A stretch of DNA of 64,000 bases. It comes from an uncultured Candidatus Peribacteria bacterium (lineage in GTDB: Bacteria; Patescibacteriota; Gracilibacteria; Peribacterales; Peribacteraceae). Below the pieces are notes generated by a model. It worked only from the letters and a program-made list of their open reading frames with translations. It ran no database searches and was not told where the DNA came from. The stretch covers positions 16,903 to 80,902 of the forward strand of contig CAYJSJ010000002.1 in assembly GCA_964373065.1 (NCBI GenBank), read 5' to 3'. The position numbers were made by a program, and so were the translations under genes. This document shows positions 30,691 to 38,963 of the stretch, one piece after another. The first letter of the stretch is position 1; the number at the start of each line of letters is the position of its first letter.

Positions 30691-30960
30691 ATGTCCATCA
30701 AACGCACGATCAAGAAGAAGCTCATCACAAAGCACCAAACACACAAGAAAGATACGGGTTCCCCGCACGTGCAGGTTGCGATCCTCACCAAAGAAATCGA
30801 TTTGCTTACCAAACATCTCCAAGAACATAAGAGCGACCACTCCGCTCGCAAAGGCCTCCTCGGCAAGGTAGCGCGAAGGCGGACGCTCCTGAATTACCTG
30901 AAGATGAATGCTCCCGATGAATACCAGAAGGTGTTGGATTCGAATAAACTTAAGAAATAA
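30691..30960 (+). CDS. rpsO: 30S ribosomal protein S15
   Basis: 89-aa ORF. DTGSPHVQVAILTKEIDLLTKHLQEHKSDHSARKGLL is the S15 signature region. Confidence 0.95.
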   Translation: MSIKRTIKKKLITKHQTHKKDTGSPHVQVAILTKEIDLLTKHLQEHKSDHSARKGLLGKVARRRTLLNYLKMNAPDEYQKVLDSNKLKK

Positions 30961-31008
30961 CTTTTAGCTTCGTTAGCTGTTTCGGGACTTCGCATTAAAT
31001 AATCATAT

Positions 31009-31039
31009 GTCAAAAGTCTTACGACATATGACTTTTGAC
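31009..31039 (+). other. Stem-loop downstream of rpsO
   Basis: gtcaaaagtc (31009-31018) pairs with gacttttgac (31030-31039). There is no T-tract, so terminator function is uncertain. Confidence 0.4.
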
Positions 31040-31147
31040 TGAAATGCGTACATACAAGCTAGCAGCTAACCTGCTCCCTAGTGGGTTTTTTGTCTTGCTT
31101 CAATTCTATTTCTAGTGTACACTTAAAGGTACTTTTCAATGTAATGT

Positions 31148-31390
31148 ATGTTCAAGGATATTTCCATAAAAGAATTGCGGGAGCAACTATCTGATGTTGC
31201 CGATCGCGCCGAGCACGGTGAATCATTCCGTGTCATCCGTCGTTCGAAACCGTCATTTATTATCATGAATGTCGATGCCGAAGCCCCTGAGGAGGGCTGG
31301 GAAACCGTGGTGGATTTTACCGATAATGGCAAGAGGACAGGCATGCCGGTGGAGGATGTTCTAAAGATCATGAAGAAGATACGGAGATGA
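31148..31390 (+). CDS. Type II antitoxin, Phd/YefM-like
   Basis: 80-aa ORF. N-terminus ISIKELREQLSDVADRAEHGESFRVIRRSKPSFIIM is typical of Phd/YefM. It overlaps the toxin gene by 4 nt. Confidence 0.8.
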   Translation: MFKDISIKELREQLSDVADRAEHGESFRVIRRSKPSFIIMNVDAEAPEEGWETVVDFTDNGKRTGMPVEDVLKIMKKIRR

Positions 31391-31689
31391 TCATGGGGAA
31401 TATTGAAAAACAACTTCGTTCCATTCCCGGAAGATACCGTGAACGCATCTTTTCGGTGATCGAACGATTTATGGTGCGTGATTTCTCTTCACTCGACCGT
31501 CAACAGTTACGGGGATACGAAAATATTTTCCGTATCCGTGTCGGAAATTACCGCATCATTTACCATGATGATGGAGAAGAAATCATACTGAAAGCGATCA
31601 GAAGGAGAAACGAAGCAACGTATCGTGATTTTGAATCACCTGCATCGGATGATAACGGAGAAAATGGGGATACGGTCTACAGAAAGTAG
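31387..31689 (+). CDS. Type II toxin, RelE/ParE family
   Basis: 100-aa ORF. LRGYENIFRIRVGNYRIIYHDDGEEIILKAIRRRNEATY matches the RelE/ParE core pattern. Confidence 0.8.
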   Translation: MIMGNIEKQLRSIPGRYRERIFSVIERFMVRDFSSLDRQQLRGYENIFRIRVGNYRIIYHDDGEEIILKAIRRRNEATYRDFESPASDDNGENGDTVYRK

Positions 31690-31796
31690 GGGTTTTGTCT
31701 TTCATTAGGGACTAGACATCATCTATACTCAGCACAGTTCCTTCCTTCCATCGCCACTTTACTTTGCGGGTTTACGTACGTGCTGGCACCGAGCTG

Positions 31797-31842
31797 CCTA
31801 CCAGCTACAAGCTACAAGAGACAAAGCTACCAGCTACCAGCC
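31797..31842. repeat. gctaccag/ctacaag word-family tract (7-nt period)
   Basis: cctaccagctacaagctacaagagacaaagctaccagctaccagcc. It contains exact inverted matches to 26969-26989 and 23118-23133. Confidence 0.85.
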
Positions 31843-31918
31843 GTCACATATGTGAATCCACATCAGTGAAGAAGAAGCGTTGAAGGAAAGGTTTTCGTAC
31901 CTTTTTTCTCCTTTTTCT

Positions 31919-34162
31919 ATGTTCGGTTCCTCCAAAGGTGGCACTGCCGCCATTGCTCAGAATAAAGAATACACCGTCGAACTCGGTGACCAGAAGCTTG
32001 TCTTTCGTACAGGCATGCTCGGTAATCAGGCAAATGCTACCGTCCTCTGCCAGATGGGTGATACCGTGGCTATGGGCAATGTCACCATCAGTAAGCAGCC
32101 GCGCGAGGGGATAGATTTCCTTCCGCTCCAAGTCGTCTACCAAGAGAAGTTCTATGCAGCAGGCAAGGTTGCAGGTTCTCGGTTCCGCAAGCGTGAAGGT
32201 CGTCCCGCGGATGATTTCGTCCTGCTCGGTCGTGTCATAGACCGAGGGCTCCGTCCGATGTTCCCGAAGAGCATCCATAATGACATCCAAGTTTTCTGTA
32301 CTGTTCTCTGTTACGATTTCGATAATGAGCACGATATCGCTTCTGCAAACGCAGCCAACCTAGCAGTAGCTTTGAGCGATTGTCCGGCTTCCGGCCCCCT
32401 CGGTACCGTGCGCGTCGGTATGATTGGTGGTGAGTTGGTACTGAACCCCGGCTATGAAGCGCGCAAGAAGTCCGACCTCGATATGTTGCTTACCGCGTCG
32501 CTTGATCGCGTGGTGATGATCGAAGCGGGTGCCAACCAAGTACCCGAGGCAGAGGTGCTCAGGGCCATCGATTTTGGCAAGAAGTGGGCGCAGAACATCG
32601 CAAAGGCATTCGTGGATATTCAAAAGGAGATCGGTAAAGAGAAATTTGTCGTTGCGGAGGACTATACGAACGATGAGGCAAAGAAATTCCTGAAGGATTG
32701 GGCGCTTGCCGATATTTCTAAAGCCATCAAGGAGCCGCTTGCTAAGCTGGCACGGCGTGCGATTTTCGATGGCTTCATGAAGGGTGCCGCCGAAAAACTC
32801 GAAGAGAAGTACGGTCCTGCAAACGAGAAGGACGAACTCGTCGATCTCTATGCGCATGCCGGTGCGCTTATGGATAAGATTATCAAAACAGAGATGCGCC
32901 GCTTGATCCTCGAAGAGGGGATCCGTATGAGCAGCCGCAAAACTGACGAGATTCGCGCTATCGGCTGTATGGTCGATGTGCTCCCCAAGCGCGTCCACGG
33001 CTCTGCGCTCTTCCAGCGCGGAGAAACGCAGGGTCTTACAACCTGTACGTTGGGAGGGCCGGGTGACAAACTCCTCATGGAAGGCATGATGGGTGAACGC
33101 GAGAGCCGTTATTTCCATCACTATAATTTTCCACCGTTCTCGGTGGGGGAGACGAGCAACCGTCTCTTTACCGGCAATCGTGAGATCGGACACGGCAACC
33201 TCGCGCAGCGCGGTATAGAACCGGTGTTGCCCCCCGAGGAAACTTTCCCGTACACCATCCGTACCGTCACGGAGATTCTCGAGAGCAACGGATCTTCCTC
33301 TATGGCGGCGACGTGCGGAAGCACGCTCGCACTCATGGCGGCCGGTGTGCCGATTGCGGCTCCCGTTTCCGGGATAGCACTGGGACTCGTTTCCGATGAG
33401 GAGGCCGGAAAATATATCATTCTGAGTGACCTTCAAGACGAAGAAGACTTCGGCGGCGACATGGACTTCAAGATGACGGGAACCGAGAAGGGCGTTACTG
33501 CCATCCAGATGGACATAAAAATCAAGGGGCTTCCCGATTCCGTGTTTAAAGAGGCTTTGGAGCGCGCTCGCACGGGTAGACTGGAGATTCTCAAGGCCAT
33601 GCTTGCTGCGCTCAAGGAGCCGCGCAAGGAACTGAGTCCGTTTGCTCCGCGCATCGAAACCATGCAGATCAATCCCGAAGATATTCGTTTGGTGATCGGG
33701 AAAGGAGGGGAGACCATCCAGAAGATTACCAAGGAGCTCGGTGTCGAGATCGACATTGAGGATTCCGGCATCATTTTTATCACCTCCGTCAACGGCGATG
33801 CGATGCAGAAGGCCAAAGAATGGATCGGCAATATTGTCGCAAAGCCCGAAGTTGGCAAGATTTATGATTGTAAGATTGTGCGTATCATCGACGGTGTTGG
33901 CGCTATTGCAGCATTTCTCGGAAGCAAAGACGGCATGATCCATATCTCCGAGCTTCAGTGGCAGCGAACGGAGAATGTAGAGGATATCGTCAAACTCGGT
34001 GATGAGGTGAAGGCGATGTGCGTCGAGTACGACGCAGTGGAAGGCAAAACACGCCTTTCCCTTAAGCAGATGACGGAGCGCCCGGCAGGGATGCCCCCCG
34101 ATCGGCCGCGCGGGCAGCGCCCCGGCGGCGGCGGATTTCGTAGAGGACCTCCGCGACGGTGA
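31919..34162 (+). CDS. pnp: Polyribonucleotide nucleotidyltransferase (PNPase)
   Basis: ATG at 31919. Two RNase PH domains, KH (IGKGGETIQKI) and S1 (GKIYDCKIVRIIDGVGAIAAF), with a Gly/Arg/Pro tail. Confidence 0.95.
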   Translation: MFGSSKGGTAAIAQNKEYTVELGDQKLVFRTGMLGNQANATVLCQMGDTVAMGNVTISKQPREGIDFLPLQVVYQEKFYAAGKVAGSRFRKREGRPADDFVLLGRVIDRGLRPMFPKSIHNDIQVFCTVLCYDFDNEHDIASANAANLAVALSDCPASGPLGTVRVGMIGGELVLNPGYEARKKSDLDMLLTASLDRVVMIEAGANQVPEAEVLRAIDFGKKWAQNIAKAFVDIQKEIGKEKFVVAEDYTNDEAKKFLKDWALADISKAIKEPLAKLARRAIFDGFMKGAAEKLEEKYGPANEKDELVDLYAHAGALMDKIIKTEMRRLILEEGIRMSSRKTDEIRAIGCMVDVLPKRVHGSALFQRGETQGLTTCTLGGPGDKLLMEGMMGERESRYFHHYNFPPFSVGETSNRLFTGNREIGHGNLAQRGIEPVLPPEETFPYTIRTVTEILESNGSSSMAATCGSTLALMAAGVPIAAPVSGIALGLVSDEEAGKYIILSDLQDEEDFGGDMDFKMTGTEKGVTAIQMDIKIKGLPDSVFKEALERARTGRLEILKAMLAALKEPRKELSPFAPRIETMQINPEDIRLVIGKGGETIQKITKELGVEIDIEDSGIIFITSVNGDAMQKAKEWIGNIVAKPEVGKIYDCKIVRIIDGVGAIAAFLGSKDGMIHISELQWQRTENVEDIVKLGDEVKAMCVEYDAVEGKTRLSLKQMTERPAGMPPDRPRGQRPGGGGFRRGPPRR

Positions 34163-34172
34163 ATATGGAAGC

Positions 34173-34225
34173 AAACCTTCCCAACCTTCCAAACCTTCCG
34201 AACCTTCCGAACCTTCTAAGCCTTC
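34173..34225. repeat. aaccttcc nonamer tract (9-nt period, about 5.5 units)
   Basis: aaaccttcccaaccttccaaaccttccgaaccttccgaaccttctaagccttc fills the gap between the convergent pnp and K+ channel stops. It is the reverse-complement family of 46864-46910. Confidence 0.9.
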
Positions 34226-35123
34226 ATACCACCGCATTCAGCATCTTCAAGTGCACTCTCTCCCTCATTTGGAGGATGTCTTCAAATGCTTCGCGAAGTC
34301 CGTATGGGCTGCGATTCTGCCAGAGTGGAGTGATGGTATCGACGATATGGATAAGCTCGCTTAGTTCATGGAAGCTTCGTTCATGCGCTGTCCAATCGAT
34401 GTTTTTTATACTCATGAGATCCAGCATCTGGTTAATACGGTGGAGTGTCCTATGCACCGCCTCCAGCAGGAGCTCTTCGCGTCTCTGGTCGATGGTGTAC
34501 CGGTGGTTTTCGTTTTCGTAGAAATCGGGGATCTCCTCAAAGAGCGTTTGCAGTTGCCGATACGCGGTCACCAGATTTTCCCAGTGTTCGTTGTCAATAG
34601 TTCCATACTCCTCGAGGTAGCGCATCGTGTGGTCGAAGTCCTTTCGGGCGATGTACATGCCCTCGCGGCTGTTATGGAAGACGTCTTCGAACGTGAGCTT
34701 ATGTACTTCTATAATGGAAAGCTCCTGCCTGTGGGAGACGAGCTTGGTGACGAAGACCGCGAAGACAAAGAGCGCGGTAATACTCTGTACACTTGCGACG
34801 ATCTTGGAAAATCCATGCGGCACGATGTCCCCGTATCCTGTGGAGGTCGCTGTGATCACGCTGTAGTAGAGCGTGTTATAAAACCCCTGGAGCAAAGGCA
34901 TATTATGGATCTTGAGTATGTCTATGCCGTGTTCCGAGAAGTTCGGACCGTGCTGGCCGTCTCCTATAAAACTCAGCAGGAAGTAGAGCAGTGCAAAGAA
35001 GAGCACCATGCCAGCCCATACCCCAAAAAGCGTTGCGTATTTGAGTCCCGTGAGTTTTTCCACCACCGTCATTGCCCAACGGCGGGGGTGCTTCTTTGTC
35101 GTAGTATTGCTTTTGAGGTTCAT
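34224..35123 (-). CDS. Two-TM potassium channel with a cytoplasmic C-terminal domain
   Basis: 299-aa ORF. Selectivity filter SVITATSTGYGDIVP between two TM helices. Confidence 0.85.
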   Translation of the reverse strand: MNLKSNTTTKKHPRRWAMTVVEKLTGLKYATLFGVWAGMVLFFALLYFLLSFIGDGQHGPNFSEHGIDILKIHNMPLLQGFYNTLYYSVITATSTGYGDIVPHGFSKIVASVQSITALFVFAVFVTKLVSHRQELSIIEVHKLTFEDVFHNSREGMYIARKDFDHTMRYLEEYGTIDNEHWENLVTAYRQLQTLFEEIPDFYENENHRYTIDQRREELLLEAVHRTLHRINQMLDLMSIKNIDWTAHERSFHELSELIHIVDTITPLWQNRSPYGLREAFEDILQMRERVHLKMLNAVV

Positions 35124-35221
35124 TGTATTTGACAGAATACAACAATATTATACAATAATCGTCAAAAACGAGCAAGGGCACTCTTTCTCTGTTTTGGGCT
35201 CAATAGCCGATGCGAGCACAT

Positions 35222-35365
35222 TTAATGCGGCTTCTCCCCGCTTAAGGTACGGAAAATTCTCGCACCGACATAGTATGTCGCCACGGCAATGAGGCCGAGT
35301 CCGACGATTTCGGCTCCGCTCAAGCCGAATGCGAGGTCATTCGATGCTACTGTTTCGAGTGCCAT
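35222..35365 (-). CDS. Possible 47-aa single-TM peptide (below the track length cut-off)
   Basis: The ATG at 35365 directly abuts the stop of ORF 35366-35854. Product: MALETVASNDLAFGLSGAEIVGLGLIAVATYYVGARIFRTLSGEKPH. Hand translation only. Confidence 0.3.
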   Translation of the reverse strand: MALETVASNDLAFGLSGAEIVGLGLIAVATYYVGARIFRTLSGEKPH

Positions 35366-35854
35366 TTACGCGGCAGTAGAGAGACGAGAATCCACTTGCT
35401 TACGCGTATGTCCGAAGATAGCTGAGCCGGCGTCAAGAAGAGGATCAATGGTGAGTAAGTCCAATGTATCAAATGCTCCTTTTAGGATTTTCCCGGGACG
35501 TAATGTCAGAACGCCGCCGAGAAGATTTGTAATTGCGGATTTTGCATCTCTTCGCATGTATTTAAGATGCCCTTCTGGCAGTGCCTCAGCAGGCTGCTCG
35601 CCGACAGCACCGGCGATCGCATTAGGGAATTTTGCTATAAAAGCAGCGGGAGCCATAAAGACTGACCCCACTGTCTGAAGATTACCATCGGTGCGAACAT
35701 GGTAATTATGAAGATCCCGTCCAAACTGTTCGATGTCCCCCTTGCGCAAAAGTCGTGTTTCAGAGTATCCCGATGTGCGTACTATCTTCTCCATGTAAGG
35801 AATTATACTCCATTTCTCGTCGCGCAACCTAAATATCTTCATAAAAACTTGCAT
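35366..35854 (-). CDS. Hypothetical protein
   Basis: 162-aa ORF with no recognisable family. Start uncertain (several in-frame Met codons). Confidence 0.5.
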   Translation of the reverse strand: MQVFMKIFRLRDEKWSIIPYMEKIVRTSGYSETRLLRKGDIEQFGRDLHNYHVRTDGNLQTVGSVFMAPAAFIAKFPNAIAGAVGEQPAEALPEGHLKYMRRDAKSAITNLLGGVLTLRPGKILKGAFDTLDLLTIDPLLDAGSAIFGHTRKQVDSRLSTAA

Positions 35855-35930
35855 TCAACCTACCGGATCTGTACGGTAACGCGGCTTTCGAATCAAATCG
35901 AAACATCTGTTCTTTCCATCTTTTGAAATT

Positions 35931-35957
35931 GACCGCCTTCTACCGGCGGTCTTTTTT
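35931..35957 (+). terminator. Intrinsic-terminator-like hairpin in the valS upstream region
   Basis: gaccgcc-ttctacc-ggcggtc followed by tttttt. It lies 159 nt before the valS ATG, with no plus-strand gene upstream. Confidence 0.55.
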
Positions 35958-35967
35958 ATTTGCGCGA

Positions 35968-36044
35968 GAGCGAGTCCGCCGCAGGCGGACGAGCCGAAGC
36001 GCAAATAACCCTGAGCGAGTCCGCCGCAGGCGGACGAGTCGAAG
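35968..36044 (+). repeat. Two direct copies of a 32-nt hairpin-containing unit
   Basis: gagcgagtccgccgcaggcggacgag(c/t)cgaag at 35968-35999 and 36013-36044. Each contains the stem gtccgcc-gca-ggcggac. Confidence 0.85.
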
Positions 36045-36115
36045 GGTTCCACTGAATCCTCTGAGTCACTCCTTTCTCTCTTCTGTCACCTCTGTTCCTT
36101 CTGTATCCTCTTCTC

Positions 36116-38866
36116 ATGCTCCCGAAGGCATATGAGCCATCGGATACCGAAGACCGCATCTACACGATGTGGGAAGAGAGCGGGGCGTTCACGGCGGACC
36201 CAAAGAGCAAGAAGGAGCCGTTTACCATCAGCATGCCACCGCCGAATGCCACGGGTCAGCTGCACCTCGGGCATGCCGTGATGCTGGCGTTGGAAGATAT
36301 CTTCATTCGCTTTGCGCGCATGCAGGGTAAGGAGGCACTCTGGGTACCTGGAATAGATCACGCCGCGATTGCGACGGAGAATATCGTCATTAAAAAATTG
36401 AAGAATGAAGGCATGAATGATCCCCGTGCCGAACTCGGGCGGGAGAAGCTCCTTGCTGCCATCCGAGATTTTGTCGCAGAGAGCAGGGGAACGATCCGAT
36501 TGCAGATTCGTAAGATGGGCGCTTCCTCAGATTGGAGCAGAGAAGCGTACACAATGGATGAACCGCGTTCCCGTCTTGTCAGGGAGGTGTTTTGCAAGAT
36601 GTTTGCGGATGGTCTCATCTACCGCGGGCATAGAATCGTCAACTGGGATCCGAAGCTGCAGACGAACGTTTCCGACGATGAATTGGAGTGGGAGGATCGT
36701 ACAGATCCGTTTTATACCTTCCGGTACGGGCCGTTTCAGATCGCGACCGTTCGACCCGAGACCAAGTTCGGTGATAAATACGTGGTCGTTCACCCCGATG
36801 ACAAGCGCTATAAGAAGTATAAGCACGGTGATACGTTTACGTGTGAATGGATCAACGGTCCTATTACGGCTACCGTCATCAAGGACAAGGCGGTCGATCC
36901 CGATGTCGGCACGGGAGCTATGACCATTACGCCGTGGCATTCGGTCGTCGACTGCGAGATTGCAGAGCGGCACGGACTGGATAAGGAGCAGATCATTGAT
37001 TTCGAGGGGAAACTTCTACCCATCGCCGGAGAATTTTCCGGGATGAAGATCGAAAATGCGCGGGAGAAGATTGTTGAGAAGCTCAAAGAGAAAGGGTTGC
37101 TCGTGAAGGTTGATGAGAACTACGCACACACCGTTGCCCTCAACTGTCGCGGCGGCGGCATGATCGAGCCGCAGATTAAGTTGCAGTGGTTCATCGATGT
37201 GAACCGAAAGGCGGTTCCCTGGAAGGGGAAGAAGATGAGTCTGAAGCAGGTTATGCAGGATGTCGTGAAGAGCGGAGACATCACCATCATCCCTGAGCGA
37301 TTCGAGAAGACGTATTTCCATTGGATCGATAACCTTCGTGATTGGTGCATCTCCCGCCAGATCTGGTGGGGGCATCGCATCCCTGTTTTCTATTGCGTGA
37401 CATGTACGGGTGCTCAAGAAAAAATCGGAGGCGTATCAAGGGGTCAGTATCAAGGGGTAGGGGACGGAACGTTTGTATCCACCCGACCGATTGATTATTG
37501 CCCGAAGTGCAATGGGTCGATCGAGCAGGACTCCGATACCTTAGATACGTGGTTTTCGGCTGCTCTTTGGACGTGGAGCACACTTGTGGATTCAAAGATC
37601 ACCGAGGACTATTCGCTGACATTGAAAGAGATCATCGACCAAAGCCCCGATATCCAAAAATTCCACCCGACACAGGTCTTGGAAACCGGGTACGATATTA
37701 TCTTTTTTTGGGTTGCCCGCATGATCCTCATGACGACGTATGTCGTCGGCGACATTCCGTTTAATACAGTGTATCTACATGGCCTTATCCGCGATCGCAA
37801 CGGTAAAAAGATGAGCAAGAGCAATCCTGAGACCATGATCGATCCTCTTGAAATGATCAGTACGTACGGCGCGGATGCGCTGCGCATGAGCATGATTGTC
37901 GGGCAGAGCCCCGGTAACGATCAAAAACTCTACGAAGAGAAGATCGCCGGGTACAGGAACTTCGTCAATAAGCTCTGGAACGCGGCGCGGTTTGTTCTCC
38001 TCTCGTGCGAAAAGATCGGTGTTGATCCTGTGCAGATTGGGGAAATCGGGAAATCGGGAAATCGGGAAATCGGGCTTGCAGATCGCGCTGTTCTTCATGG
38101 GCTTGAACTATTGATCGTTGATTGTACCCAGTGCTTGGAAGAGTATCGATTGAGTGAAGCTGGTGAGAAGCTCTATGTCTTCATTTGGGATTACTTTTGT
38201 GATTGGTACTTAGAACTGAGTAAAGAGGGTGCGAATCCCGAGGTGCTCATACACGTCCTGCGGACACTGCTTGTCCTCTTGCATCCGTACTGTCCGTTTG
38301 TGACGGAAGAACTTTGGTCGCATGTCAAAGCGAAAAATGCCGGGATGCTCATCGCTACGGAGTGGCCGAAGATACATCCTGAACGGCGAGATGAAGAAGC
38401 ATACGAGCGACTCCAACGCGTCATCGGTGTCATCTCTGTCGTCCGCAGCATCCGCGCCGAGCGGGGGATTGAATCAGGCAAGCTGATTGACGTCATTATC
38501 CACACCGATGCGCATCTGGAACTTCTCCGATCACAGCGGGAGCACATCATGCGCATGGGACGCGTGAGAGATTGGACACTCGATGCCGTCTCGGTGAAGC
38601 ATGAAAACTCCGCGAGTGCTTTTCTGTCCGGTATCGAAGTGCATATTCCATTGGAAGGACTCATCGATATCAAAAAAGAGATCGAAAAACTTCGCAAGGA
38701 GAAGGCGAAACTGGAGGCATTCATCAAAACCGTCGAGGGAAAATTGAAGAATAAGAAGTTTGTAGAGAATGCCCGCGAAGATGTGGTGAATCTGGAGAAA
38801 GAGAAGCTTGTGACGAGTACGGAGAAGCTGAAGAAGATTGAGGAACGATTGCTGTCTTTGCAGTAG
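36116..38866 (+). CDS. valS: Valyl-tRNA synthetase
   Basis: 916-aa ORF. HIGH region PPPNATGQLHLGH, KMSKS, editing domain, C-terminal coiled coil. Confidence 0.96.
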   Translation: MLPKAYEPSDTEDRIYTMWEESGAFTADPKSKKEPFTISMPPPNATGQLHLGHAVMLALEDIFIRFARMQGKEALWVPGIDHAAIATENIVIKKLKNEGMNDPRAELGREKLLAAIRDFVAESRGTIRLQIRKMGASSDWSREAYTMDEPRSRLVREVFCKMFADGLIYRGHRIVNWDPKLQTNVSDDELEWEDRTDPFYTFRYGPFQIATVRPETKFGDKYVVVHPDDKRYKKYKHGDTFTCEWINGPITATVIKDKAVDPDVGTGAMTITPWHSVVDCEIAERHGLDKEQIIDFEGKLLPIAGEFSGMKIENAREKIVEKLKEKGLLVKVDENYAHTVALNCRGGGMIEPQIKLQWFIDVNRKAVPWKGKKMSLKQVMQDVVKSGDITIIPERFEKTYFHWIDNLRDWCISRQIWWGHRIPVFYCVTCTGAQEKIGGVSRGQYQGVGDGTFVSTRPIDYCPKCNGSIEQDSDTLDTWFSAALWTWSTLVDSKITEDYSLTLKEIIDQSPDIQKFHPTQVLETGYDIIFFWVARMILMTTYVVGDIPFNTVYLHGLIRDRNGKKMSKSNPETMIDPLEMISTYGADALRMSMIVGQSPGNDQKLYEEKIAGYRNFVNKLWNAARFVLLSCEKIGVDPVQIGEIGKSGNREIGLADRAVLHGLELLIVDCTQCLEEYRLSEAGEKLYVFIWDYFCDWYLELSKEGANPEVLIHVLRTLLVLLHPYCPFVTEELWSHVKAKNAGMLIATEWPKIHPERRDEEAYERLQRVIGVISVVRSIRAERGIESGKLIDVIIHTDAHLELLRSQREHIMRMGRVRDWTLDAVSVKHENSASAFLSGIEVHIPLEGLIDIKKEIEKLRKEKAKLEAFIKTVEGKLKNKKFVENAREDVVNLEKEKLVTSTEKLKKIEERLLSLQ
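38039..38074 (+). repeat. GGGAAATC octamer tract inside valS
   Basis: ggggaaatcgggaaatcgggaaatcgggaaatcggg encodes GEIGKSGNREIG in a variable loop after the KMSKS region. Confidence 0.9.
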
Positions 38867-38876
38867 TTTTTTTCTT

Positions 38877-38915
38877 GGGGGAGGAGGGAACCTTGTCCGG
38901 TTCCCTACCTCCCCC
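38877..38915. other. Strong GC hairpin between convergent valS and dinB
   Basis: gggggaggagggaacc-ttgtcc-ggttccctacctccccc: a 16-bp stem with one bulge. A T-tract precedes rather than follows it on the plus strand. Confidence 0.5.
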
Positions 38916-38963
38916 AAACCCCCATTACCCTCCTGACTGCAACTCATTGTTAGCGCATCCCCT

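Noticed and set aside
31845-31856. Perfect 12-bp palindrome tcacatatgtga upstream of pnp as a third LexA site
   Set aside because: It shares only the central ACATATGT with the two operator candidates and lacks the flanking GGTGT/GTAC half-site bases.
32360-34237. 625-aa ORF antisense to pnp
   Set aside because: For the same reason: it mirrors a clearly identified PNPase gene and has no recognisable motifs.
35968-36044. CRISPR array
   Set aside because: There are only two repeat copies separated by 13 nt, and no cas genes in the window.
35855-36115. T-box riboswitch upstream of valS
   Set aside because: There is no room for Stem I, because the divergent gene starts at 35854. acggtaacgcgg only loosely resembles the T-box GGUGGUACCGCG and lies about 50 nt from the terminator, too far to form an antiterminator.
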